Below, one piece after another: positions 1 to 8,836 of a DNA stretch of 64,000 bases. The notes beneath the pieces are model-generated. The model did no database searches and was not told where the DNA came from. It saw nothing but the letters and a program-made list of their open reading frames with translations. The stretch's first letter is position 1. Each line of letters starts with the position of its first letter. This DNA is from an uncultured Prevotellaceae bacterium (GTDB lineage: Bacteria > Bacteroidota > Bacteroidia > Bacteroidales > Muribaculaceae). The translations under genes were made by a program, and so were the position numbers. Where the stretch lies: NCBI GenBank assembly GCA_902476295.1, contig CABSDC010000005.1:779-64778 (forward strand), given 5' to 3'.

Positions 1-1830
1 TATGACGACACGGCAAACACATTCTTTGTGCGATCCTTGTCAACCAAGAATTCCACGTTGGTGCGCAGGATACGGAATGCCTCATTGATGATGTTTCGGC
101 TACCTTCTTCCACTACCACCTTACGAACGCTGCTCACCTTCTTCTTTTCCCAGATGTGGCGCTTTGGCTCGATGCTTGGCACTTCACCAACAAATGGCAT
201 AGTCACAGCATCTACCACATCCTTGCGGCCACGCACCTTGGTGTTGAGCATAGTCATTGCATAAAGCACGCCACCAGGCAATGCCAAACCAAGGATGAAT
301 GCCACCATAAGGATTTTAGCCTTCTGAGGGCCAATTGGCGCACTGCTGCCGTGAGGGCTCGATACGATGCGAGTGTTGTATGCAGTAAACGCTTGTTTCA
401 ATTCGTTCTCCTCGCGCTTCTGCAACAAGAAGAGATACAAGCTTTCCTTCACCTTCTGCTGACGCTCAACAGAGAGAAGACTCTTGGCCTGTGTTGGGTT
501 GTTTTGAATGCCGGTCAATGCGCGTGCATTGTAGCCTTGCAAGCTCTTGATTTGTGAGTTAAGCGATGTCACAACATAATCGAGGCTCTGCGAGATTGCT
601 TGGCGCATTGCAACAAGTTTTGCGTCTAAATCCTTAACGAAAGGGTTCTCTGTAGAACTGTTGGCAACAAAATTGTTACGTTGCAAGAGAGTCTTATTAA
701 ATTCGCTGATTTGATTTTCAACACCGACATTCTCCACGCCGCTATTTGCAGGCAACAACTTAAACAGGTTCACATCATTGCCACTCACGATGCCAGCACG
801 AATGGTCTTAGCCATATACAACTGGTTGTTGAGATTCATCAAGTTTTGGGTCGACATGTTTGCCTCTTGCATATACAAAGCACCAGCAGCAGCCACGTCT
901 GGCACCATATTGGCACTCTTATATGAACTAATGTCGGCATCCACGTTGCCAAGTTCGCCCTCAATCACGCGCAGGCGATCGTTGATAAACTTAGATGTTG
1001 ACACAGCTATTTGGTTCTTGTCTTCCTCCCAGTGCTCGTTGTAAACAGCGATAAGGGTGTTGATAAAATCCTTTGCACGATCAATATTCACATCAGTATA
1101 TGCGATATCAATCACTGTGTTTTGCTTGCTGTTTGTAGCCACATTCAGTCGCTTAACCGACGATGCTACCGATGCCTCTGAAGTGATCTTGCTCACGTAG
1201 ATGCGATTCACAGCCTTAGCATTGGCTTTCTTCACATACGATGGAGATGCCATTATCACCACATTGCCGGCGATAGTCTTGATTGGCTGACCGATCTTAC
1301 CCTTATAGGTGCCACTCGATTCTTCCTTCTTAAACACCATATCTGAGATCTCTACGCTGCCATTATTACCAAGTTCTACAGTGAATGTGCAACTCTCGTC
1401 GTCTTTCACGTTAGCCAACGAAGCGATAATTGGGCTTGTGGCGCCATAGAGGGTAACTCTGTGGAACGAACCGTCGGTGTAATATTTCACATCAAGGTTT
1501 AGACGCTTGATGGTCTCCAAAATCACGTCGGGCGACTTAAACACCTCAACCTCATTGTTCACATCACTCTTTGTGGTTCCCAATCCCATGTCGGAGAATG
1601 CCGAAGCCACATCCATTGCCGAAGAACCGCCCTTGCCGTCCTCCTTAATCATCACTGATGCCGATTGCTCGTAGGTAGGCTCAATGCGTAGCGCATACAT
1701 CAATGCGATGCCAACGAATGCAACCACCGACACCAAAAACCATTTCCAGTTTGATAAAAACAATCCCCAGATGTCTGACAAAGTGATAGAATCACCACTC
1801 TGCTCAAAATTGTCTAATTGTTCTGCCATA
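1..1830 (-). CDS. Wzz/Wzc-type polysaccharide chain-length determinant / tyrosine autokinase. N-terminal (periplasmic) part only; the C-terminus runs off the window. The start region has an apparent frame disruption.
   Basis: Hand translation of the minus strand gives ..SGDSITLSDIWGLFLSNWKWFLVSVVAFVGIALMYALRIEPTYEQSASVMIKEDGKGG.., a coiled region (QQKVKESLYLFLLQKREENELKQA) and a second TM segment (PQKAKILMVAFILGLALPGGVLYAM). It lies 22 nt downstream of wza. The ATG at 1830 is out of frame with the long ORF (see finding); TTG at 1808 is an alternative start. Confidence 0.75.
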
Positions 1831-1851
1831 TTTTGTCTATTATTTTTCCTA

Positions 1852-2655
1852 TTACTTAAATACCAACACAGCCACTGTGGTGAGCAATGATGCCAATGAA
1901 ATCCAGAACGATGTACTCAACACGGTGTTACCGTTCACTGTGCTTTGGCGGGCACGCATATCGTTTGGTGCAACATACACCATATCGCCTTGCTGCAGAT
2001 AGTAGGCTGGCGACGATGTCACCGAAGCAGCATCCACCATATTGATGGTGTAGATGTTTTGTTGCGAGCCTTCGGTGCGAACCACCTTCACCTTGTCGCG
2101 CACACCATAGATGGTGAGGTCGCCGGCAGCACTCAGCGCATCGTAAATTGTGTAGTTGTCGCGGTCAATCGCATATCGTCCAGGACGAGCCACTTCACCC
2201 AATACACTCACCGACAGATTGTCGTATTCCACTGTCACAGTCGGATCGTTGAGCATACCAGTGCTGATGATTTTTTGCTTAAGTGCATCGGAAATCTCCA
2301 CGCGCGACATTCCTGCCACATGCACCTTGCCTAAACATGGAAATTCGATATTGCCATCGGCATCCACAGCATACGACATCACGCCGTTTGATGTGTTGTT
2401 TGCGCCAGTTGCCGTAGACCCTTGACCCAAGCGGGTGGAAATATATGGCAAATTGAATGGCATAGCCAACTCCGGATTGCGGCTATTAACGGCTATTGTC
2501 AATTTGTCGTTCGGTTTTACTTTTATGATTTTCGACTCAACAAGCGTGAGTGTTGAACCATCTTTTACATCCTGAAAATACTCAATCTGCTTAGATGTGC
2601 CGCACGAGGTCAATAGCACTGCAGCCACAGCAATTACAATGTGCTTAATCTTCAT
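1852..2655 (-). CDS. wza: Polysaccharide export outer-membrane lipoprotein (Wza/BexD/CtrA family)
   Basis: 267 aa with a lipoprotein signal (LLTSCGT). The Poly_export-like core (KPNDKLTIAVNSRNPEL..) and SLBB-like region (VSVLGEVARPGRYAID) are present. Sits upstream of the Wzc-like gene. Confidence 0.8.
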   Translation of the reverse strand: MKIKHIVIAVAAVLLTSCGTSKQIEYFQDVKDGSTLTLVESKIIKVKPNDKLTIAVNSRNPELAMPFNLPYISTRLGQGSTATGANNTSNGVMSYAVDADGNIEFPCLGKVHVAGMSRVEISDALKQKIISTGMLNDPTVTVEYDNLSVSVLGEVARPGRYAIDRDNYTIYDALSAAGDLTIYGVRDKVKVVRTEGSQQNIYTINMVDAASVTSSPAYYLQQGDMVYVAPNDMRARQSTVNGNTVLSTSFWISLASLLTTVAVLVFK

Positions 2656-2928
2656 ATAACTATTTGATTATCTATTTATTTCTTTTTCGTTTTTCCCGAT
2701 TTTGGGCATGAATGAAATGAGATTTATTTAATCAATGTCTCCATTGCATTATCCCGTGCCTATTGAAATCCATCAACCAACACAGAAATCCATTACGCTT
2801 TAATTATGCAAATTTAGCAATTCTTTTTCATCTTTTATTAATTTACGAGCATTATAATTTAGCAAAAGCCCACATTATCACTATTTTTCGCAAAATTTCC
2901 CACATCCAACCGTTTTCCCCGTTTATAC

Positions 2929-2968
2929 AAAAAAATCAGTTGATACGGCTCTTTTATGCCATATCAAC
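2929..2968 (-). terminator. Rho-independent terminator downstream of tRNA-Gly
   Basis: On the minus strand, GUUGAUAUGGC-loop-GCCGUAUCAAC forms an 11-bp stem (one G-U pair) followed by U7 (plus-strand A-run 2929..2935). Confidence 0.6.
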
Positions 2969-2984
2969 CAATCACTATCATTCG

Positions 2985-3060
2985 TGGAGCGGTAGACGGG
3001 GCTCGAACCCGCGACCCTCAGCTTGGGAAGCTGATGCTCTACCAACTGAGCTACTACCGC
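2985..3060 (-). tRNA. tRNA-Gly (anticodon CCC), CCA end encoded
   Basis: The reverse complement GCGGTAGTAGCTCAGTTGGTAGAGCATCAGCTTCCCAAGCTGAGGGTCGCGGGTTCGAGCCCCGTCTACCGCTCCA folds by hand into a cloverleaf. Elements: 7-bp acceptor, D arm GCTC/GAGC, anticodon stem TCAGC/GCTGA with loop TTCCCAA, T arm GCGGG/CCCGT with TTCGAGC. Confidence 0.93.
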
Positions 3061-3076
3061 AAAAAATCGTTTCTAT

Positions 3077-3418
3077 TTATGGTTTCTTACCTCTCATCAC
3101 AGCGTTCACTTGTGCCTCACCGTCAACTTCAACATATTTGATGGTCACAGTGTCGCCTATCGACCAAGACACACGCTTTGCCGGATCTAAGTCGGGATAA
3201 CTGAAATTAAGTGTATCGCCATTCTCATCAAGTATGGTGATGCTATTCATAGCACCATCAATGGCAACACCTATCGACGTCTGCTCTTCATCAACGGTAT
3301 CTTCTGGTGAAACCGAAACCACTGTTGAATCAGCACTCTCCTCTTTGCTTCCGCTATTGCCGCACGACCACATTCCCATGGCCAATGCTGCCAACATTAT
3401 CATCGATAGCTTTTTCAT
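3077..3418 (-). CDS. Small lipoprotein, unknown function
   Basis: The ORF-track entry is 3077..3448. I prefer the start at MKKLSMIMLAALAMGMWSCGN (lipobox), which is preceded by AAGGAGG 5 nt upstream. The N-terminal linker is acidic. Confidence 0.6.
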   Translation of the reverse strand: MKKLSMIMLAALAMGMWSCGNSGSKEESADSTVVSVSPEDTVDEEQTSIGVAIDGAMNSITILDENGDTLNFSYPDLDPAKRVSWSIGDTVTIKYVEVDGEAQVNAVMRGKKP

Positions 3419-3445
3419 AAAAACCTCCTTTTCTCTTTTACAACG

Positions 3446-3453
3446 CAAATATA
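3446..3453 (-). promoter_or_regulatory. Candidate Bacteroidetes sigma-A -7 box (TATATTTG) for the lipoprotein gene
   Basis: Matches the TAnnTTTG consensus on the minus strand about 28 nt upstream of the ATG at 3418. Confidence 0.4.
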
Positions 3454-3530
3454 GTGCAAAAATATTGGATGGATATTAGCAATTTACATACTTTAAATAA
3501 TGTGGGCAAAACACATTCCCATCACCCCTC

Positions 3531-3538
3531 TACCTTTG
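3531..3538 (+). promoter_or_regulatory. Candidate -7 box (TACCTTTG) for ORF 3569..3865
   Basis: TAnnTTTG match about 31 nt upstream of the ATG, divergent from the lipoprotein promoter. Confidence 0.4.
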
Positions 3539-3568
3539 CCTATGTAAACAAAAAGAAAGGAGAAAACT

Positions 3569-3865
3569 ATGAGACTAAACGATTATCAACTCACACTTGG
3601 CGACGCCATCTATGCTTCGCTCTCTATCGACGGAAGCCCGGTGGCAAACATCAATAGCACGCGCTTCGGTAGCATCAGCGATATAATCAGTCTCATCTAT
3701 CACGTGGCAGGCCGATTTGCCGGAACAGCCAAGCTGCTCATACGCAACCAAAGCCGTGGATGGAACACCACAATGACTATTGCATCAAACAGCCAACCAG
3801 CCAAAAGCAACATGCCAGCAAAACAGCCGGTTGTAGAAAACGGACAATATCTAATTCCCTGGTAA
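3569..3865 (+). CDS. Hypothetical protein (98 aa)
   Basis: ORF with AAAGGAG 6 nt upstream, a candidate promoter upstream and a strong terminator downstream. I recognise no family. Confidence 0.5.
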   Translation: MRLNDYQLTLGDAIYASLSIDGSPVANINSTRFGSISDIISLIYHVAGRFAGTAKLLIRNQSRGWNTTMTIASNSQPAKSNMPAKQPVVENGQYLIPW

Positions 3866-3931
3866 AAAGTCCTTATTTTTTTACCTATAACATCATCACA
3901 CATAATTTATTGATACCATGAATCACACATT

Positions 3932-3962
3932 GGTCGCTGCCCTATGAGCAGCGACCTTTTTT
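3932..3962 (+). terminator. Rho-independent terminator
   Basis: GGTCGCTGC-CCTATGA-GCAGCGACC followed by T6. Confidence 0.7.
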
Positions 3963-4188
3963 GATTCGCATCATTCAAAACAAAAAAATTCACAAAATCA
4001 CGATAAAATCTGCCACAAATGATAAGAATGCTGATTTTTTTCCGTAATTTTACAAAGATTTTAAGTATATATGTTTAATGAGCATAAGTTATAGTCCGCA
4101 ATAATACACATAACTATATGACAATAAACAGATAACATCATTCTGACTTAAATTTTTAGTAGAATTTATTATATTAATAAGAACTATT

Positions 4189-4881
4189 ATGGTTTATACA
4201 CAAGAAGTACAACACATGTGTTGTGTAGCAAAGGGTGCTAACCATCCTTCAGCTCCAATTCCAGAGGAGGGTAAATGGGTTAGAGCAAAAGAAATCAAGG
4301 ACATTTCTGGTTTCACTCACGGCATTGGCTGGTGCGCACCACAACAAGGTGCTTGCAAACTTTCTCTTAACGTGAAAGAAGGCGTTATCCAAGAAGCTCT
4401 TGTAGAAACAATCGGATGTTCAGGTATGACTCACTCTGCAGCTATGGCAGCAGAAATCCTTCCAGGTAAGACTATCCTCGAAGCTTTGAATACCGACCTC
4501 GTTTGCGACGCAATCAACACTGCAATGCGCGAATTGTTCTTGCAAATCGTTTACGGCCGCACTCAATCTGCTTTCTCTGAAGGTGGTTTGCAAGTAGGTG
4601 CTGCTCTTGAAGACCTTGGTAAGGGTCTCCGCAGCCAAGTAGGTACTATGTTCGGTACTTTGGCTAAGGGCGTTCGTTACTTGGAAATGGCTGAAGGCTA
4701 TTGCACTCGCATGGCTCTCGACGAGAACAACGAAGTAATCGGTTATGAATTCCTTCACCTTGGCAAATTCACTGAAGCGCTCAAGAAAGGTAAGACCCCA
4801 GAAGAGGCAATCGAAGCTGCAAAGGGCCACTATGGTCGCTTTGAAGATGCCGCTAAATACATTGACCCACGCAAAGAATAA
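4189..4881 (+). CDS. NifU/IscU-like iron-sulfur cluster scaffold-domain protein
   Basis: 230 aa with Cys-containing motifs GIGWCAPQQGACKLSLNV and ETIGCSGMTHSAAMA that resemble IscU/NifU N-terminal scaffold motifs. Codon usage is strongly biased. Confidence 0.65.
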   Translation: MVYTQEVQHMCCVAKGANHPSAPIPEEGKWVRAKEIKDISGFTHGIGWCAPQQGACKLSLNVKEGVIQEALVETIGCSGMTHSAAMAAEILPGKTILEALNTDLVCDAINTAMRELFLQIVYGRTQSAFSEGGLQVGAALEDLGKGLRSQVGTMFGTLAKGVRYLEMAEGYCTRMALDENNEVIGYEFLHLGKFTEALKKGKTPEEAIEAAKGHYGRFEDAAKYIDPRKE

Positions 4882-4897
4882 TTAGGAGGACAACATT

Positions 4898-5911
4898 ATG
4901 GCAATTAGAGAAGTAAAATTTGAATCTCAAGACCGCCGTATGGCGCAAATTCTTGCTGCATTAAACGAAAACGGCATTAAAGATATTGAAGAAGCTAATG
5001 CTATATGCGAAGCTGCAGGTATCGACCCATATTTGACTTGTGAAGAAACTCAACCAATCTGCTTTGAAAATGCAAAGTGGGCTTATGTAGTAGGCGCTGC
5101 TATCGCTATCAAGAAGGGCTGCAAAAACGCTGCTGACGCTGCTGAAGCTATCGGTATCGGTTTGCAATCATTCTGCATCCCTGGTTCTGTTGCCGACGAC
5201 CGCAAGGTAGGTTTGGGCCACGGTAACTTGGCTGCTCGTCTTCTCCGCGAAGAAACTAAGTGCTTCGCTTTCTTGGCTGGCCACGAATCTTTTGCTGCTG
5301 CAGAAGGTGCCATCAAGATTGCTGCTAAGGCTGACAAGGTGCGCAAAGAACCTCTTCGCGTTATCCTTAACGGTCTCGGCAAGGACGCTGCTAAGATCAT
5401 CTCTCGTATCAACGGCTTCACTTACGTACAAACTCAATTCGACTATTTCACTGGCGAACTTAAGGTTGTTGATGAACACCCTTACTCAAACGGTCCTCGC
5501 GCTAAGGTGAAATGCTACGGTGCTGACGACGTTCGCGAAGGTGTAGCTATCATGTGGAAGGAAGGCGTTGACGTTTCTATCACCGGTAACTCTACTAACC
5601 CAACTCGTTTCCAACACCCAGTTGCTGGTACTTACAAGAAAGAACGCGTATTGGCTGGTAAGCCTTACTTCAGCGTTGCTTCTGGTGGTGGTACAGGTCG
5701 TACTCTTCACCCAGACAACATGGCTGCAGGTCCTGCTTCTTACGGTATGACTGATACCCTCGGCCGTATGCACTCTGACGCTCAATTCGCTGGTTCTTCT
5801 TCAGTTCCTGCTCACGTTGAGATGATGGGCTTCCTCGGCATTGGTAACAACCCAATGGTAGGCTGTACAGTTGCTGTTGCAGTTGACGTTGCTACTGCTC
5901 TTGCTAAGTAA
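4898..5911 (+). CDS. GGGtGRT family protein (function unknown)
   Basis: 337 aa carrying the family-defining motif SVASGGGTGRTLHPDN. AGGAGG lies 8 nt upstream and the gene starts 16 nt after the NifU-like gene. Codon usage is strongly biased. Confidence 0.8.
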   Translation: MAIREVKFESQDRRMAQILAALNENGIKDIEEANAICEAAGIDPYLTCEETQPICFENAKWAYVVGAAIAIKKGCKNAADAAEAIGIGLQSFCIPGSVADDRKVGLGHGNLAARLLREETKCFAFLAGHESFAAAEGAIKIAAKADKVRKEPLRVILNGLGKDAAKIISRINGFTYVQTQFDYFTGELKVVDEHPYSNGPRAKVKCYGADDVREGVAIMWKEGVDVSITGNSTNPTRFQHPVAGTYKKERVLAGKPYFSVASGGGTGRTLHPDNMAAGPASYGMTDTLGRMHSDAQFAGSSSVPAHVEMMGFLGIGNNPMVGCTVAVAVDVATALAK

Positions 5912-5942
5912 TTTCGACTTATACGAAACACTTAAATATCAC

Positions 5943-5978
5943 AAATCCTTTTGGAGCTTTTCCAGAAGGATTTTTTTG
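5943..5978 (+). terminator. Rho-independent terminator of the NifU-like/GGGtGRT operon
   Basis: AAATCCTT-T-TGGA / TCCA-G-AAGGATTT hairpin followed by T7. Confidence 0.75.
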
Positions 5979-6010
5979 TTCCCCTACCTAAACCCTACGA
6001 CCGATTTGGA

Positions 6011-6049
6011 TAAACCAAAAGAGCAGAAACCACATTTGGTTTCTGCTCT
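6011..6049 (-). terminator. Minus-strand rho-independent terminator, about 230 nt downstream of the pepC-like stop
   Basis: 13-bp perfect stem AGAGCAGAAACCA / TGGTTTCTGCTCT with a 4-nt loop. On the minus strand it is followed by TTTTGGTTTA; on the plus strand no T-run follows. Confidence 0.65.
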
Positions 6050-6278
6050 CTTAACCCAATTCGTCATTAGGGATTGGAAGAATTTCGGAATTTTAGAAGT
6101 GCAGATTTTGATTGCTTTTTAAAGAGTAATAGCCAGCTATTGCGAGTTAAAAACAAACAAAATATGCCTTATAAAAAACGAAAGACTCCAAGCAGTAGTG
6201 ATAATTTCAAATATACGTCCTAATGACTGATTTTGGTTTAACCCAATTCGGGCAAACGAAATTGCCGCGATATGTTCA

Positions 6279-7688
6279 TTAATTTTCCTCTATAAACATT
6301 GGATCCCAAGCAGGAAGCATAATTGGCTTTTGCTTCAAGAGTTTCAATGTTTCTGCCGAGATAAATTTCTTTTCGATTACGAATCTAAACATATATTCGT
6401 TGAACCACTCATCTGTCATCACAAGATTGCCCTTGTAACCGCTGTTTGGTCCCCAGCTGTTTTCCACCAACCAGCGTGTTGGCGCCTTTGTGTTCATATC
6501 AACGTCTACAGCAATCAGCGTCATAGCGTGCGACGAACCACTTGCATGTGTGAGAATGCGCTCACGCTTATCCATGGTGAGTTGCATGCCGAGCAACGAC
6601 TCATAGTCAAAATTATTCATATCGCATGTGCCCACGCTGCGGTTTAAGAATTTACCCACGTCGCAAGAGATATACATTGCCTTGTTGTCCTTGATTGACT
6701 CGATAGCGAACGGCTTGATATCCTCGATTGGGAGATTAAGGTAAACCCAGTCGTGACCCTCATAGGTGTGGCGGTCGTATTGTATCTGATACAACTTGCC
6801 ATATTCGCGAGAAGGATCGTTCATGATAAGCACATAGTCGTTGGTCAAATCCTTTTCGCCCCACAATTCCTTGTAGAACGATTGTGGAGTGTAGGTCTTT
6901 TCGCTCACTAAGTTGCCAGAGTTAGTCTTATATTTCCAAGTGAATTCTTTTGGAGGAATGCCATAAGCCAACGTGAGCATACGATATACATTGCCGAGCA
7001 TCTTCACCTTAGTTTCTTCAAGAGCATTTTTCTTGGCGCCATTAGCAGCCTGCTTGCGCAATTGCATGCCATAGTCGCGCAATTGCCATTTCAGTTGTGA
7101 GTCAAATTGCGATGTGCTGTTGCTAATCAATGTTTCTGGCATAGCCGACTTAGGCACAACGCCATATTTCTTCACCAAATCGGCAACACCTGTGAATGTG
7201 CCACCGTCGCTCAGCGGATTTGAGAACAACCAATCAACGGTTCTGTCTTCAAACGATTTGTCGGCTGTATCAATCACATTTTGCAAAAACATGTTAGACT
7301 TCTCAAGTTGGTCGTAGAAAAATAGATATACCTGCGACAATTCCAATTCCGGAAGATTGTGCTCGCTGATAGCTTGTGCGCGAAGCACGTTCATACCGGT
7401 AAACAACCAGCAACGGCCCGACTGCTTTTGGTCAGTGACTCCCTTTGTAAACACGCGGTAAGTGAAATCGCCATCTGCCACACCATTGAGCGTAGAGAAA
7501 CCTGTTGCCAATGTGTTGAGCGAAGTTGTTGCCATGGCATTACGAGCCACCTTGTCAACCACAGTCTGCGGTTGCGAAGCAAGTTGGTTTAGCACTTTTG
7601 GCGTGATGGCGCTCTGTGCCATACAGCCCACTGCGATGCCAGTACCCATCACAGCCGTCATCAAGAATCTGTTTATTCTCATTTTCAA
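6279..7688 (-). CDS. pepC: C1-family cysteine peptidase (aminopeptidase C / bleomycin hydrolase-like) with signal peptide
   Basis: 469 aa with the active-site Cys motif QKQSGRCWLFTGMNVLR and a C-terminal HAMTLIAVD..ENSWG block. The N-terminus is hydrophobic (signal-like). Confidence 0.85.
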   Translation of the reverse strand: MKMRINRFLMTAVMGTGIAVGCMAQSAITPKVLNQLASQPQTVVDKVARNAMATTSLNTLATGFSTLNGVADGDFTYRVFTKGVTDQKQSGRCWLFTGMNVLRAQAISEHNLPELELSQVYLFFYDQLEKSNMFLQNVIDTADKSFEDRTVDWLFSNPLSDGGTFTGVADLVKKYGVVPKSAMPETLISNSTSQFDSQLKWQLRDYGMQLRKQAANGAKKNALEETKVKMLGNVYRMLTLAYGIPPKEFTWKYKTNSGNLVSEKTYTPQSFYKELWGEKDLTNDYVLIMNDPSREYGKLYQIQYDRHTYEGHDWVYLNLPIEDIKPFAIESIKDNKAMYISCDVGKFLNRSVGTCDMNNFDYESLLGMQLTMDKRERILTHASGSSHAMTLIAVDVDMNTKAPTRWLVENSWGPNSGYKGNLVMTDEWFNEYMFRFVIEKKFISAETLKLLKQKPIMLPAWDPMFIEEN

Positions 7689-7711
7689 TATATCTTTTAA
7701 GATTAATAAAA

Positions 7712-8194
7712 TTATTCTATTTTCATCACCAGTTCATAATTCTCCACATGCACCTTCACCTTATACGGCGTAGCACTCTTGCGAGGCTTCGCTCCGGCAT
7801 AGTAGTAAAACCTGTGCTGAAGGTCAAACGAGCGCACCTTCACCAGTCGTGTTTCACCCTTAGAGATGTTGCAATCCACCGTCACCGTGCGCTTGTGAAG
7901 CATCGCGCCTTTCACGTCGGTATATAATAATGTGAGCGTGATGTGGCCGATGTGGCCATCTGTTATATTTGTCACGAAAAACGCTTCCTCATTATCGGTT
8001 GCTCGCTTGCTGTAGCCTTTTATCACCACAGGCGATGCCTTCACAGTATATTTATCGTCGCCAGTTGGCAACGAATCTTCTGTCACGATATTTGTCTCCG
8101 CAGCAGCCGACAAGTTCCTTCGCGTAGTCTTGGTTCGCGCCGCCATTGGCACCAACACCGCCATCACAAGCAATATGGAGAACAGTCGCTTCAT
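7712..8194 (-). CDS. Hypothetical secreted protein (160 aa)
   Basis: Signal peptide MKRLFSILLVMAVLVPMAA. There is a 4-nt gap to the upstream ORF and a 23-nt gap to pepC. No family recognised. Confidence 0.6.
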   Translation of the reverse strand: MKRLFSILLVMAVLVPMAARTKTTRRNLSAAAETNIVTEDSLPTGDDKYTVKASPVVIKGYSKRATDNEEAFFVTNITDGHIGHITLTLLYTDVKGAMLHKRTVTVDCNISKGETRLVKVRSFDLQHRFYYYAGAKPRKSATPYKVKVHVENYELVMKIE

Positions 8195-8198
8195 AGCA

Positions 8199-8825
8199 TC
8201 ACAAATAACGTATCACACCATCTATTGTACCATCGTCGTCAGCCGACGGATAGACCTTCTTAAATCCCAACGGAAGCGACTCACTCCCCTTCTCGGCAAT
8301 AACCGACAGCCCCTTGAACAATGTAGGCAGAAAGCGCGTAATGTTCATGCGAAATTTCAGCTTCACATCTGGCTTCACAAAGGTGAGCAACTCGCCATTG
8401 GCCGACAGCGTGGCCACACACCTAACTGGCTTAAACAGCGTCTGCACACTGCGTTCGCTATATAGCCACAAGGCAAATTTCTGCTTATCGGCACTCCGCT
8501 CAATATAACCGATTACTGTTCCGGGCAGCAAATCATAGTCGTCGGAATCGACATACACTATGCGATACGACATGCTATTGCCGTCGAGCGAGTCGCCACA
8601 ACGCTCTATCACGAGGGTGGTTTTCTCTTCATTGTAATACCACACACCCTCTATGGGCTGCAACGCCATCGCCGACAATCGCTGCCTTACGGCTTCGTCG
8701 GAATAATCTGAATTGAGGATTTCTGATTGTTGTTTCACATGGCCATCATTAGCGCTATGCGCCATTGCACACACACTGCACACCAGCATCATCACGGCTG
8801 CAATATTTGCACGACAGCACATCAT
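8199..8825 (-). CDS. Hypothetical secreted protein (208 aa)
   Basis: Hydrophobic N-terminus and an 11-nt gap to the upstream OMP gene. No family recognised. Confidence 0.6.
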   Translation of the reverse strand: MMCCRANIAAVMMLVCSVCAMAHSANDGHVKQQSEILNSDYSDEAVRQRLSAMALQPIEGVWYYNEEKTTLVIERCGDSLDGNSMSYRIVYVDSDDYDLLPGTVIGYIERSADKQKFALWLYSERSVQTLFKPVRCVATLSANGELLTFVKPDVKLKFRMNITRFLPTLFKGLSVIAEKGSESLPLGFKKVYPSADDDGTIDGVIRYL

Positions 8826-8836
8826 ACTCTAACCCT

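Noticed and set aside
2656-2984. Possible invertible (phase-variable) promoter upstream of the wza/wzc polysaccharide genes
   Set aside because: I found no flanking inverted repeats of the kind used by Bacteroides invertases (no ACGTTCGT-like repeats). No recombinase gene is nearby.
2763-3200. 145-aa plus-strand ORF
   Set aside because: It runs through the AT-rich intergenic region, the complement of tRNA-Gly and the 3' end of the lipoprotein gene. It is not coding.
5871-6122. 83-aa plus-strand ORF
   Set aside because: It starts inside the 3' end of the GGGtGRT gene and reads across two terminator hairpins, so it is spurious.
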